In this document: positions 37,256 to 45,477 of the stretch, piece after piece
Layout: every line of letters begins with the position of its first letter
How positions within the stretch are numbered: position 1 is the stretch's first letter
IMG/VR virus record: IMGVR_UViG_3300049219_000004
DNA: 64,000 bases
Reading direction: 5' to 3' (one strand)
Origin: a virus
Taxonomy: Duplodnaviria > Heunggongvirae > Uroviricota > Caudoviricetes
Made by a program: the position numbers and the translations under genes
Notes under the pieces: model-generated
Seen by the model: only the letters and a program-made list of their open reading frames with translations
The model's database searches: none
Told to the model about the DNA's origin: nothing

Positions 37256-37741
37256 TTAGCTATTTTCTGTCAAGTAGTTTGGAAAAATAATTTCGCATTT
37301 GTCCTGCAACAGATCGAGAGCATCAGCACTGATACGGAGCGGATACAGAATAGCCCGCTTCTCTAGAGCAATCATCCGGTGAAGCATGTCCAAACTTCCG
37401 GTACTCTCTCCGTCCCATACAACCAACGCACAATCTGCCACCTGTGCCATTTCCTCGTTACGCCAGTGACCCGCCAACAAATTAAATGGCTTGCCATTCT
37501 TATTGTAACGAACGACAGCGCCGGCAGCTTTGATATCGTCCCAGTTCGCAGGCTTAGCGATTGGCTTCTTCAGTCCAGCTTTCTCTGCGAAGATGAGTCC
37601 ATGCTTATCTGGGCCTTCAGCAAGCCCAGAGACGACGACAATACTCTTCCCGTATTGATGCCACAAACCGCTGTTGATAATAGCTTGACGCGTGATGTTA
37701 TAGTCTTTAATGCTACGAGAGCCTGCGATAATTAGCTTCAT
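37256..37741 (-). CDS. SLOG-superfamily (DprA/LOG-like, DUF2493-type) Rossmann-fold protein
   Basis: 161 aa; MKLIIAGSRSI..VVVSGLAEGPDKHGLIFAEKAG matches the GSR..SGxAxGxD motif of Smf/DprA-LOG nucleotide-binding domains. Confidence 0.5.
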   Translation of the reverse strand: MKLIIAGSRSIKDYNITRQAIINSGLWHQYGKSIVVVSGLAEGPDKHGLIFAEKAGLKKPIAKPANWDDIKAAGAVVRYNKNGKPFNLLAGHWRNEEMAQVADCALVVWDGESTGSLDMLHRMIALEKRAILYPLRISADALDLLQDKCEIIFPNYLTENS

Positions 37742-37920
37742 GTTGCTTGTTCCTTGCTAAGTGCATCCAAATACTCGTTGGTGCAGCGGACAGCATTTTC
37801 GTGTGGCATGTGCGGTGCATAATACAGGAACAGAATCTCCCAGAGGGAAGGTTCAGGCCCGGACTCTACTCGGGCGATTTGAGGCTGAAATTCGGCCAGT
37901 TGATGGATTGTTTTCGTCAT
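37738..37920 (-). CDS. hypothetical small protein (60 aa)
   Basis: ORF coupled to SLOG gene. Confidence 0.3.
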   Translation of the reverse strand: MTKTIHQLAEFQPQIARVESGPEPSLWEILFLYYAPHMPHENAVRCTNEYLDALSKEQAT

Positions 37921-38105
37921 TGCATCGATCCTCCGTCAGCAAATACTACGCCAGCCTTGCCACAGCAAGTACACACCTTATTCTGTACGTGATAGGTAGC
38001 CAGATAGCCATTTACCTTGCCCATATAGACAGGGCCGTACACCCAATCATGAACCCCAAAGAAGCAGAAAAATTTAGTCATAGTTTCTCCATAGATTGTA
38101 CCCAA
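37917..38105 (-). CDS. small Cys-containing protein (62 aa)
   Basis: CTCCGKAG motif. Confidence 0.3.
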   Translation of the reverse strand: MGTIYGETMTKFFCFFGVHDWVYGPVYMGKVNGYLATYHVQNKVCTCCGKAGVVFADGGSMQ

Positions 38106-38377
38106 GCATTCGGGTTATCATCAATCATAACATCAATTCGAATACCTTGCTTGTACATGTAAGGCTCCTTAGCTTTACGATTGGTTGCATAAAAGCCATG
38201 CACCTTACCGTCTAGGGCTTCATACACTTGATGCATTTCCGATTCACTACGCCACGTCACAACGTAGATTTTGTGTCCAGCTTTACGTAGCACTTCCAAT
38301 ACTTTATCCCATGTCTTAGGATCACGAGTGAATGTATCGTCGTAATCAAGTCCGATGTTCATTGCAATATCCTTCAT
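38078..38377 (-). CDS. minimal HAD-superfamily phosphatase-like protein (99 aa)
   Basis: Motif I IGLDYDDTFT (DxDxT), motif II T (VVTWRS), Lys in RKAKEPY, motif IV IDVMIDDNP. Confidence 0.45.
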   Translation of the reverse strand: MKDIAMNIGLDYDDTFTRDPKTWDKVLEVLRKAGHKIYVVTWRSESEMHQVYEALDGKVHGFYATNRKAKEPYMYKQGIRIDVMIDDNPNAWVQSMEKL

Positions 38378-38537
38378 TTTGTTGTTTTACAGCCTCTTGT
38401 CTCGCCGTTTTTCTATTAACCCTGTCAACGGTTTGACGACAGGTGCGATCTTTACCAGACTTACCTGCACAGCAGCCGTACTTGCACTCCAGTTTATCCC
38501 TTCGACTGTGACCATAAGGTTTCATTTCATTCTCCAA
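38346..38537 (-). CDS. small Cys-rich basic protein (63 aa)
   Basis: CKYGCCAGKSGKDRTC..C..H; SD GGAGAATGAAATG. Confidence 0.3.
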   Translation of the reverse strand: MENEMKPYGHSRRDKLECKYGCCAGKSGKDRTCRQTVDRVNRKTARQEAVKQQNEGYCNEHRT

Positions 38538-38572
38538 AATAAAAGGCTAGCATACCCGAAGATATACTAGCC
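38536..38572 (-). terminator. rho-independent terminator (minus strand)
   Basis: 10-bp hairpin GGCTAGCATA/TATACTAGCC with 8-nt loop, followed on the minus strand by UUUUAUUUU. Confidence 0.5.
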
Positions 38573-38584
38573 TGTCAAGTAGTA

Positions 38585-39007
38585 TTAACTACGTTCGATT
38601 TTAATTGCACGCTTGTCCAAGCAGCCGACTGTAATAGTACCAGCAATCTTGCTCCCAACAGGGCCACCTACGTACCCACAGATAGCAGTGAGAGCAGTAG
38701 GGTTGATGCTACGGATACGAAGGAACTCCATACGATCCGAGCTGACAGGATAGACGATAGTGTCACCTACGGACAAGTCACAACCCATTACATCTTTCAG
38801 TGCAGGACGTGCAAGTACCATGTCTTGCAGAGTACCTACGACTTCGTAGTCATAGTTATCGATGTCATGCTCGTCTCCTGCATCGTCCATCACCGTAGCG
38901 TAGTTGGCAATTACTCTCGTGACGAGATACAGCTTATTGTACGTCATGTCGAGAGTACGCACTTTAGAAGTAAATCGCACCACATCACCTTTTTTAGCTT
39001 TAGTCAT
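38585..39007 (-). CDS. hypothetical protein (140 aa)
   Basis: Start preceded by CCAATCCAAGGAG leader and upstream promoter. Confidence 0.45.
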   Translation of the reverse strand: MTKAKKGDVVRFTSKVRTLDMTYNKLYLVTRVIANYATVMDDAGDEHDIDNYDYEVVGTLQDMVLARPALKDVMGCDLSVGDTIVYPVSSDRMEFLRIRSINPTALTAICGYVGGPVGSKIAGTITVGCLDKRAIKIERS

Positions 39008-39039
39008 ATTGTTCTCCTTGGATTGGTAAGAAAGACTAC

Positions 39040-39068
39040 ATAGTACATAGCCTTTCCTACGTTGTCAA
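39040..39068 (-). promoter_or_regulatory. sigma70-like promoter, minus strand (TTGACA-17-TACTAT)
   Basis: Minus-sense TTGACA (plus 39063-39068), TACTAT (plus 39040-39045). Confidence 0.5.
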
Positions 39069-39071
39069 CAG

Positions 39072-39296
39072 TTATTTGAAATGTTTCATCAGTCCTTGGA
39101 AACCCCCAGCTACGAACAACTTATCCCCTTCGTAAATCTGAGGCATAGCCCGATGACCTTCCTTCTTCAAGAACTCCCATGCTTCTGGGTTCTCATCGAT
39201 CTTCACAACTTCAAAGTCAATACTCTTCGATTCCAACAACTTGGTGGCTGACACGCAAGCAGCACAACCTTCCATACTGTAAACAGTTAATTTCAT
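39072..39296 (-). CDS. glutaredoxin/NrdH-like redoxin
   Basis: 74 aa; MEGCAACV redox-type CxxC near N-terminus and ..GHRAMPQIY.. (G-x-r-T/M-P-Q-I) glutaredoxin fold motif; adjacent to RNR genes. Confidence 0.65.
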   Translation of the reverse strand: MKLTVYSMEGCAACVSATKLLESKSIDFEVVKIDENPEAWEFLKKEGHRAMPQIYEGDKLFVAGGFQGLMKHFK

Positions 39297-39308
39297 TTCA
39301 TTCCTTTC

Positions 39309-41063
39309 TTATTGGCAGCTCAAACACTCAGATGAAGAGGACACTACAGCACGGCTTGAGTAGATGTAGTATAGGCTATGAATATTCTCGTCCTCAAACG
39401 CAATCTGATGAAGCTCTGCGATGTACTCCTCAGTCACCCCTTTAGACAGGTAGATGTTGATGCTCTGTCCTTGGTCAATCTCTTTTTGTGCTACGGATGC
39501 CAAGCGCAACACCACACGCTGGTCAACCTCGAATGCAGTTTTGAACACAGCCTTCTCTTCTTCCGTTAGCCAATCAACGTGTTGTACAGAGCCGTAGCCT
39601 TGCACTACATCCGAGATGCATTTCTTGACGTTCAATCCTTTACGTTTAATTAGGGAGAGTAGTGGAGGATTCACTCGATCCACTTCACCAGCAGAAGTTT
39701 TCTGGGTGAAGCTCATCGCTGTATCCAGTCCACGTCCTTCACTGATTCCACCCATAATCAGCGCAGTAGACTTAGTAGGAGCTACAGATAGGCGGTGGGT
39801 GAAACGTAAACCATATCCAACGCACCACTCCGGTTCTCCAAGCTCTTTAGCCAACCATTGAGAAGCCTTCAGGGACTCTTTGTTCAAATGCTTGAAGAAC
39901 TCCGCATTAAACATGTAGGCATCAATACTCTCATAAGGCATCATGTGTTCTTGCATGTAAGTGTGCAAACCTCCAGCTCCTAGGCCAATAGCACGCCCAG
40001 CTTTCGTAGACGCCACGGCCTTTTCAAGCCCCGGAATCTTCTCCGCTTGTTCAATGAATTCGGACACAACGCAATCAAGGAACACAGTGGCTACTTGAAC
40101 AGCGTCGGTATCTTTCCACTCATCCCACTTTGATGCGTTCATCCATGCCAGCACACAGGTGTAAGTGTACTTAGTTGCATCGCTGTGCAGGAAGATTTCG
40201 GTACAAAGCTGGGAAGCCTTCACCATAAATCCCATGTCCTTGTACATCTTAGGACGGTTACGATTTACCTTGTCGATGAAGAAGAAATAGCCTTTGCCTG
40301 TTACCATCTTAACCCGCATCGCCCGATGGAAGCGTTCATGAGCTTCAAAATCTCCACGATTCAAAGCGTCGATAAACTCATCAGTAATGATCCAGCCGAT
40401 GTTCAAATCGTCATCATGCTTCTCAAGATAATTCACCACTTCCCAAAAATCACCATGCATGATGTTAAGGTATGCAGCCCAAGCACCACGACGGCTTTGG
40501 CCTTGAGTGACATCACGAGACATCTCAACGTGCATTTTAATTACTGGCATTACGCCGGAGGCTTTACCTCCACCTTTAGTGACACTACCACGGGGACGCA
40601 CAGGTGACAGATCAGTAGCAGTACCGAAACCTTCTTTCGACAATAGAGCCATCTCACGCAGATTAGAGTAGAAACCATTTACGGAATCATGCATCTCCGA
40701 TCCTGCACACGAGACAGCACAACCACGATCTGTGCCCATGTTCGCCAGCACCGGTGTAGAGCAGGCCACCCAACCATTCCACAAGACGTTGAAGAACTTG
40801 TCTGTCCAGTATTCTTCGTAGCTATCATAATTGCCCTGCATGTAACCTTTGAACGTACCTTCGCCGCTTCCCGGTAGTAGGGCATGTGGGGCATGCTTTG
40901 CAGCCGTACGTGCGATACGCATATACTGTTCACGAGGGTTCTCAGCTTCGTATAAATACTTCTCAACGAACATTTGGTAGCCTGCTGTTGGCATCCAATC
41001 CGGCACAGTGCCGCTTGCCTGTCCTTCCTTACGTGCCAAACTGAAACGTTCATACTTCGACAT
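39309..41063 (-). CDS. nrdA: ribonucleoside-diphosphate reductase large subunit (class I alpha, no ATP cone)
   Basis: 584 aa; active-site SQLCTEIF (N-x-C-x-E), C-terminal Cys pair ..ECLSCQ; adjacent small subunit. Confidence 0.8.
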   Translation of the reverse strand: MSKYERFSLARKEGQASGTVPDWMPTAGYQMFVEKYLYEAENPREQYMRIARTAAKHAPHALLPGSGEGTFKGYMQGNYDSYEEYWTDKFFNVLWNGWVACSTPVLANMGTDRGCAVSCAGSEMHDSVNGFYSNLREMALLSKEGFGTATDLSPVRPRGSVTKGGGKASGVMPVIKMHVEMSRDVTQGQSRRGAWAAYLNIMHGDFWEVVNYLEKHDDDLNIGWIITDEFIDALNRGDFEAHERFHRAMRVKMVTGKGYFFFIDKVNRNRPKMYKDMGFMVKASQLCTEIFLHSDATKYTYTCVLAWMNASKWDEWKDTDAVQVATVFLDCVVSEFIEQAEKIPGLEKAVASTKAGRAIGLGAGGLHTYMQEHMMPYESIDAYMFNAEFFKHLNKESLKASQWLAKELGEPEWCVGYGLRFTHRLSVAPTKSTALIMGGISEGRGLDTAMSFTQKTSAGEVDRVNPPLLSLIKRKGLNVKKCISDVVQGYGSVQHVDWLTEEEKAVFKTAFEVDQRVVLRLASVAQKEIDQGQSINIYLSKGVTEEYIAELHQIAFEDENIHSLYYIYSSRAVVSSSSECLSCQ

Positions 41064-42087
41064 TAGCTTCTCCCTTTACCTTCCAAACAAACCTATCTTC
41101 TTTCCAATGCGACGTGTACTCTCGTCCTTTACCTACGAAAAAGTCATTCATCATGTAACGTTGTGCTGCACCGTAGAACCACTCAGCAATCGGATTCTCG
41201 CCAATTTTCTTCTTGCTATACAAGACAGGTACACCTAAGTCGTTAAGACAGATGTTGATACGGCTCATGACAAACTGTTTCAAGCTCAGAGCTGTAACGC
41301 CAGTACCGATGTCTCCTTTTTCCATCAACATATCCGAGATGCGGAACTCATGTTCGGCTAGCTTCTTGGCTGCACGTCGAATACGGTTGCACAACGATTT
41401 CCACATCTTGTCAAACTCTTCCGTAGACAGGACATCTCGCAGTTCTTCAATAGCTGTACGGAATAACATAGCTCCGCCGATTTGATGCAGACCCTCATCT
41501 ACTAGCGATTGGTCGATACCTCGAACAGTGTTTCCGATGAAGTTATTACCTTTGCTTTGGAAGCTCTTGAACAATGCGAAGTTGGAGAACAGTACAGCAC
41601 CTTCCATCATCGAGAAGACAGCTACACTTAACAGATCGTCTTTACTGTCTACCATCTTATCTAGAAACTTTACACGAGCATTTAGTACCTCATCATCTAC
41701 GTACGAAGTATAAAATTCATCAGTATCAAGGCCCAGTACTTCATTCAGCTTGTTGTAGAACGGGGCATGAACTTGAAGTTCGAATGCTCCGAACACAGAG
41801 GCCATACGTTGTACTTCAGGCCGTGGGAAAGTCTTCATTACACGTCCCATCCAGTATTCAGTACCGGCAAACATCTCGTAGCGTGTGAACAGCTTGAGGC
41901 CGGTTGTAATAGCATGACGTGCTGCCGGCTTCACATTAATCAGCATATCTTGCTTATCTTTTTCTACTGAAATTTCGTTAGCAGTCCAACGGCAATCCTC
42001 AAACTGGGTATCAGCTAGTTTGATAAATTCCGGGTATAGCGTAACGTAGCTATCAGTAGGAGTCATAATTCTTGCTTTTTGCATCAT
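41050..42087 (-). CDS. nrdB: ribonucleoside-diphosphate reductase small subunit (R2, di-iron/tyrosyl radical)
   Basis: 345 aa; ferritin-like E..H ligand pairs (FELQVHAP.., EGAVLFSNFAL..), typical R2 length. Confidence 0.85.
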   Translation of the reverse strand: MMQKARIMTPTDSYVTLYPEFIKLADTQFEDCRWTANEISVEKDKQDMLINVKPAARHAITTGLKLFTRYEMFAGTEYWMGRVMKTFPRPEVQRMASVFGAFELQVHAPFYNKLNEVLGLDTDEFYTSYVDDEVLNARVKFLDKMVDSKDDLLSVAVFSMMEGAVLFSNFALFKSFQSKGNNFIGNTVRGIDQSLVDEGLHQIGGAMLFRTAIEELRDVLSTEEFDKMWKSLCNRIRRAAKKLAEHEFRISDMLMEKGDIGTGVTALSLKQFVMSRINICLNDLGVPVLYSKKKIGENPIAEWFYGAAQRYMMNDFFVGKGREYTSHWKEDRFVWKVKGEANVEV

Positions 42088-42156
42088 ACTCCTAGGAAAT
42101 AAAGAAGGGCCGAAGCCCTTCTAGTTAATCGGACGAATATTATAACATATTCGTCG

Positions 42157-42711
42157 TTAATTTGCAACAGAACGTTTCCTACGTTCCTTCTTAGCAACTT
42201 CTGGTTCCGCAGGAGTATGATACTCTACGATTGTCTTCAAGCTGCCATCCTCTTTGAACCTGTCGGGCCTTACTTGATCTAGCAGGTTAGTTAGCACTTC
42301 AATCTGTTCCACGATGGCTGCTTCATCTGGGTTGGTCATATCGGGCGGGAAACCTTCAACAACGCCAGTGTCATAGTTCCGGCTAGTAGACAGAGCATTT
42401 GACATCTGACTGGCCAAGCTCAAGTCTTTGTAACCGGCAGCGATGATACGGTCTTCGGCAGTAGCAAAAGCACTACGCAGGAAACGTTCGTTACATTCCA
42501 CTTCACCGCACACCATGTAAGCGATGACTACCTCTCCTGCGAGGTTCCGGTGCTGACGTGCCATGTATTCGATGGGATAGTCCAGATCAAATCCCAACAC
42601 TTTCAAGAACGGAGCTACCAACAAATCGTTTTGTGGGTTAATGAAGTCAATCATTCGAAGATGAGATAGCTCCGGGATACGCTTCAGATCGGTAACACTG
42701 ATTGTCTTCAT
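42157..42711 (-). CDS. hypothetical protein (184 aa)
   Basis: ORF with basic C-terminal tail KKERRKRS. Confidence 0.45.
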   Translation of the reverse strand: MKTISVTDLKRIPELSHLRMIDFINPQNDLLVAPFLKVLGFDLDYPIEYMARQHRNLAGEVVIAYMVCGEVECNERFLRSAFATAEDRIIAAGYKDLSLASQMSNALSTSRNYDTGVVEGFPPDMTNPDEAAIVEQIEVLTNLLDQVRPDRFKEDGSLKTIVEYHTPAEPEVAKKERRKRSVAN

Positions 42712-42917
42712 TTCTTTTGTTCCTCCGCTTGGATGATACCAATGCCGACGTGCTGTTCATCACAATTGAGTCTGATGATTCTTCCTGAAGCACATTCGAT
42801 ATACACTGCGTTAATACACTTGGCATCTACTTTGACGATGGTTTCATCAAGCAGATATTCAAACCCCCTATACGGACGATTACGCATTTTAGTACGCCTT
42901 ACCACCAGCGGCTTCAC
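42708..42917 (-). CDS. hypothetical small protein (69 aa, Cys-containing)
   Basis: ORF coupled to neighbours. Confidence 0.3.
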   Translation of the reverse strand: MKPLVVRRTKMRNRPYRGFEYLLDETIVKVDAKCINAVYIECASGRIIRLNCDEQHVGIGIIQAEEQKK

Positions 42918-43305
42918 GTGCTTCTTTCTTGTGGTCTGGACGCACCTTGTTGAATGCTAGTTTTTCGTCAATAGCACCACCTAGATCAAGACCCATTGCA
43001 CCACACAGGTCAGCAATACGAATCACTGCATCAGCAAACTCCACTTCAATCATTGGACGATGCTTCAGTTTGTCATCCATCAGGCCCTTACGGTGGCCTT
43101 CCATGGCTTCGCTCAGTTCGCTGTGAGACAGACAAATCTTCTGTGCCACCAGAGCACCAGCCAGCAGCTCTTCGAAAGGCGAAGCAGGGGCCAAGATGAC
43201 ACGTTTCAAGTCAATGCCGCTCTTTGCGTGATTCCACCAGCCAGCGTTATAGGAAGCTTCGTGGCACTCGTATACCAGTTCGTTAATATTTTCTGCGATA
43301 CTCAT
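42889..43305 (-). CDS. MazG-like nucleoside triphosphate pyrophosphohydrolase (all-alpha NTP-PPase)
   Basis: 138 aa; acidic metal-binding helix pairs (..FEELLAGALVAQ.., ..IEVEFADAVIRIADL..). Confidence 0.55.
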   Translation of the reverse strand: MSIAENINELVYECHEASYNAGWWNHAKSGIDLKRVILAPASPFEELLAGALVAQKICLSHSELSEAMEGHRKGLMDDKLKHRPMIEVEFADAVIRIADLCGAMGLDLGGAIDEKLAFNKVRPDHKKEAREAAGGKAY

Positions 43306-43319
43306 TATTTCTCCTTAAA

Positions 43320-43604
43320 TTAATTCAATTCCAGCTTTTGCTGAATCAACCATGCTTTAAGCACTGGCATTTCTTTATACTGGTAAGCCTCACCATACTC
43401 GTAATCTGACTTATCTCCCTTCATATCCTTCAACGTGGACGCGTCTGGGGTAAAGACTCCACTAATGCCGTCATCGTCTGGAACAAAATCATACAGTGTA
43501 GTGAAATGAAAACTTCGTTCCAACATAACTCTACCGTCAGAAAGAAGCACGAGAATCAATCCCGTGTCCCATACAGGTACTTCTATAAAAGTCAGAAGAC
43601 TCAC
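43320..43604 (-). CDS. hypothetical acidic protein (94 aa)
   Basis: ORF; D/E-rich. Confidence 0.4.
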   Translation of the reverse strand: MSLLTFIEVPVWDTGLILVLLSDGRVMLERSFHFTTLYDFVPDDDGISGVFTPDASTLKDMKGDKSDYEYGEAYQYKEMPVLKAWLIQQKLELN

Positions 43605-43834
43605 TTAAGCCATCCAAGTTCTTCGGCTTTACGGAGAGCCTTACGAAGATTTTCCGCGTGCTCTTTGCTATGTACCACTACGTATTCGTTTCCGTCGTGA
43701 ATTTTTACGCCGTTAAGTGCTCCACAGTAGCGTTCAAGCTTATAAGCTACCTGTGTGGAAGATACGTTTTCTTCTTCAAACGTGATGGCAAAAATGTCAA
43801 CAGCAGCTTCTTTACGTATGTCAATTGTGCTCAT
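43601..43834 (-). CDS. hypothetical protein (77 aa)
   Basis: Start preceded by CCAACTTAAGGAGA leader. Confidence 0.4.
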   Translation of the reverse strand: MSTIDIRKEAAVDIFAITFEEENVSSTQVAYKLERYCGALNGVKIHDGNEYVVVHSKEHAENLRKALRKAEELGWLK

Positions 43835-43863
43835 ACCTATTCTCCTTAAGTTGGTTATGCTGC

Positions 43864-44733
43864 TTACAGTGGCATTGCTTCCAAAACTGGCACACCTTCA
43901 ATAACCAAACCAGTGCCAATAATAGGCCGATGTGGGTTGATCTTGTTGTATGCGAAAGCCATCTTCTTGTCGTTAATCAGACAGCCAATGTTCATACCGT
44001 AATACAGACCCTTCGGATTTGCCCAGTATTCAATACCGAATGATTCATGAAAGTGTCCACATACGTGGCTCATACTCATCGCCTTGCTCGTCATGATAGC
44101 ACGTTTGGTTTTGCCGTGGTGAACATAAATATCCGGTACGTCCCACTGGCTCATATCCAACGTCAGATCATGATGCCAAGTCCAGCCCGGCCCTACTTCA
44201 AGAATCTCGTTGTAGGAACGAATGTAGCGCCTGCTCAGACCGCCAGACTTAGCTTTACGCAAGTGCAACGATCCGTGATTAGACTCCACCAGCTCCATCT
44301 GTGGGAACATCTTCTCCAGTTCCTTGATGTACGGCAGACTCTTTTCCAGCTCATCACCAGCACTATGTAGGTCTGGATCATGCTCGTGATAACTTTCTGC
44401 GTGCTTGTCCAACTCGTCACCAACGTTAATTACCAACGTAGGTTCGTAACGCTTCTTGAGTCCCTCAAGGAAGACGAAAGCCTTCTCATGGTGGAACGGA
44501 ATGTGCAAGTCAGAGATAAACAGGATACGCGTGGTATCCCACTCTTTCATCTTGTTAGGATGCATTTCAGGATACAACGCATCCACACGAGCTTCAGCCC
44601 GTAGTTCATGGTACTTTCGCAAGTAGTCACCAACGGTACTCTTAGGCTTCTTTAGCATTGCTGCGATGTCGCGTCCACTTACGCCTTTCTCATCTAGCGC
44701 AACAGCCAACACCTGCCAGTCTACATTACTCAT
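43864..44733 (-). CDS. calcineurin-like metallophosphoesterase with N-terminal HTH
   Basis: 289 aa; N-terminal HTH-like segment (..SGRDIAAMLKKPKSTVGDYLRKY..), then LFISDLHIPFHH, GDELDKH, SNHGSLH and GHFHESFG metallophosphatase motifs. Confidence 0.65.
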   Translation of the reverse strand: MSNVDWQVLAVALDEKGVSGRDIAAMLKKPKSTVGDYLRKYHELRAEARVDALYPEMHPNKMKEWDTTRILFISDLHIPFHHEKAFVFLEGLKKRYEPTLVINVGDELDKHAESYHEHDPDLHSAGDELEKSLPYIKELEKMFPQMELVESNHGSLHLRKAKSGGLSRRYIRSYNEILEVGPGWTWHHDLTLDMSQWDVPDIYVHHGKTKRAIMTSKAMSMSHVCGHFHESFGIEYWANPKGLYYGMNIGCLINDKKMAFAYNKINPHRPIIGTGLVIEGVPVLEAMPL

Positions 44734-44944
44734 GAGCAGCCTTATGTTTGTAAGCAGCTTGAAGTGCTTTGATTAGATTAGGAATATCTTCGTAGTAGAT
44801 TTCAATAAAAGTTTCATCACTTTGAGTGACATTCACCCATCCTTCTTTCATCACTACTTTCTCTTCGTAGCCGTGTTTGTTTTCATAACTATAGCCTTCA
44901 ATATTTTCGGGCTGAACTTCCCTGTCTACACGTTTAAACATCAT
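44726..44944 (-). CDS. hypothetical small protein (72 aa)
   Basis: ORF coupled to neighbours. Confidence 0.35.
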   Translation of the reverse strand: MMFKRVDREVQPENIEGYSYENKHGYEEKVVMKEGWVNVTQSDETFIEIYYEDIPNLIKALQAAYKHKAAHE

Positions 44945-45477
44945 TGCTCTCCTTTCAGAATTTTCGTTACAAGCTCTTTTCGCTTGGTAGCGTTACTTAC
45001 AACAACGCCAGTGTACCCGTGTTGCTCCAAGAAAGCAAGTATTTCTTTCGTAGGTAGCTTCAGCATTTCCAACACCTCCTTTACCTTCCTCGCTTCTTCG
45101 AACGAGATGTTTTGCTCCTCAGCAAGTGTATGAATCTTGTGGCAAGGAACACACAGTACACGAAGATTGTCCACCTCACAATAGAGATTGTTAGCAAACT
45201 CTCCGATGTCAGCTACGGACAGAATGCTACCTGCTGGCTTAGGGTAGTGGTCAACACAAACTTCTTTCATCTTGAACCATTGCTTACAGATGGCACACTC
45301 ATGTTCCCACTTCTGAAGCTTGTTCGGGCCTTTGTAAGACCGTCTAGACCTCTGTAAGGCTTCGTTCCTAGGAGGCCATCTAAGGCTCTTAGAGCGTAAA
45401 GCAGAGCGAATCCAAGCCAAATACGCTGCCTCGGTCATTGTACCGCTACAACGCGTTTTAGAGACTTTACTCTTCAT
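44941..45477 (-). CDS. HNH endonuclease (zinc-binding CxxC..CxxCH type)
   Basis: 178 aa; ..HECAICKQ..VDHYP..LRVLCVPCHKIHT.. Confidence 0.55.
   Translation of the reverse strand: MKSKVSKTRCSGTMTEAAYLAWIRSALRSKSLRWPPRNEALQRSRRSYKGPNKLQKWEHECAICKQWFKMKEVCVDHYPKPAGSILSVADIGEFANNLYCEVDNLRVLCVPCHKIHTLAEEQNISFEEARKVKEVLEMLKLPTKEILAFLEQHGYTGVVVSNATKRKELVTKILKGEQ

Noticed and set aside
38563-38568. TTGACA hexamer (minus sense) at 38563-38568 as another early promoter
   Set aside because: It sits inside or adjacent to a terminator hairpin with no acceptable -10 at 16-18 nt, so it is more likely part of the terminator context. It could still be a weak promoter.
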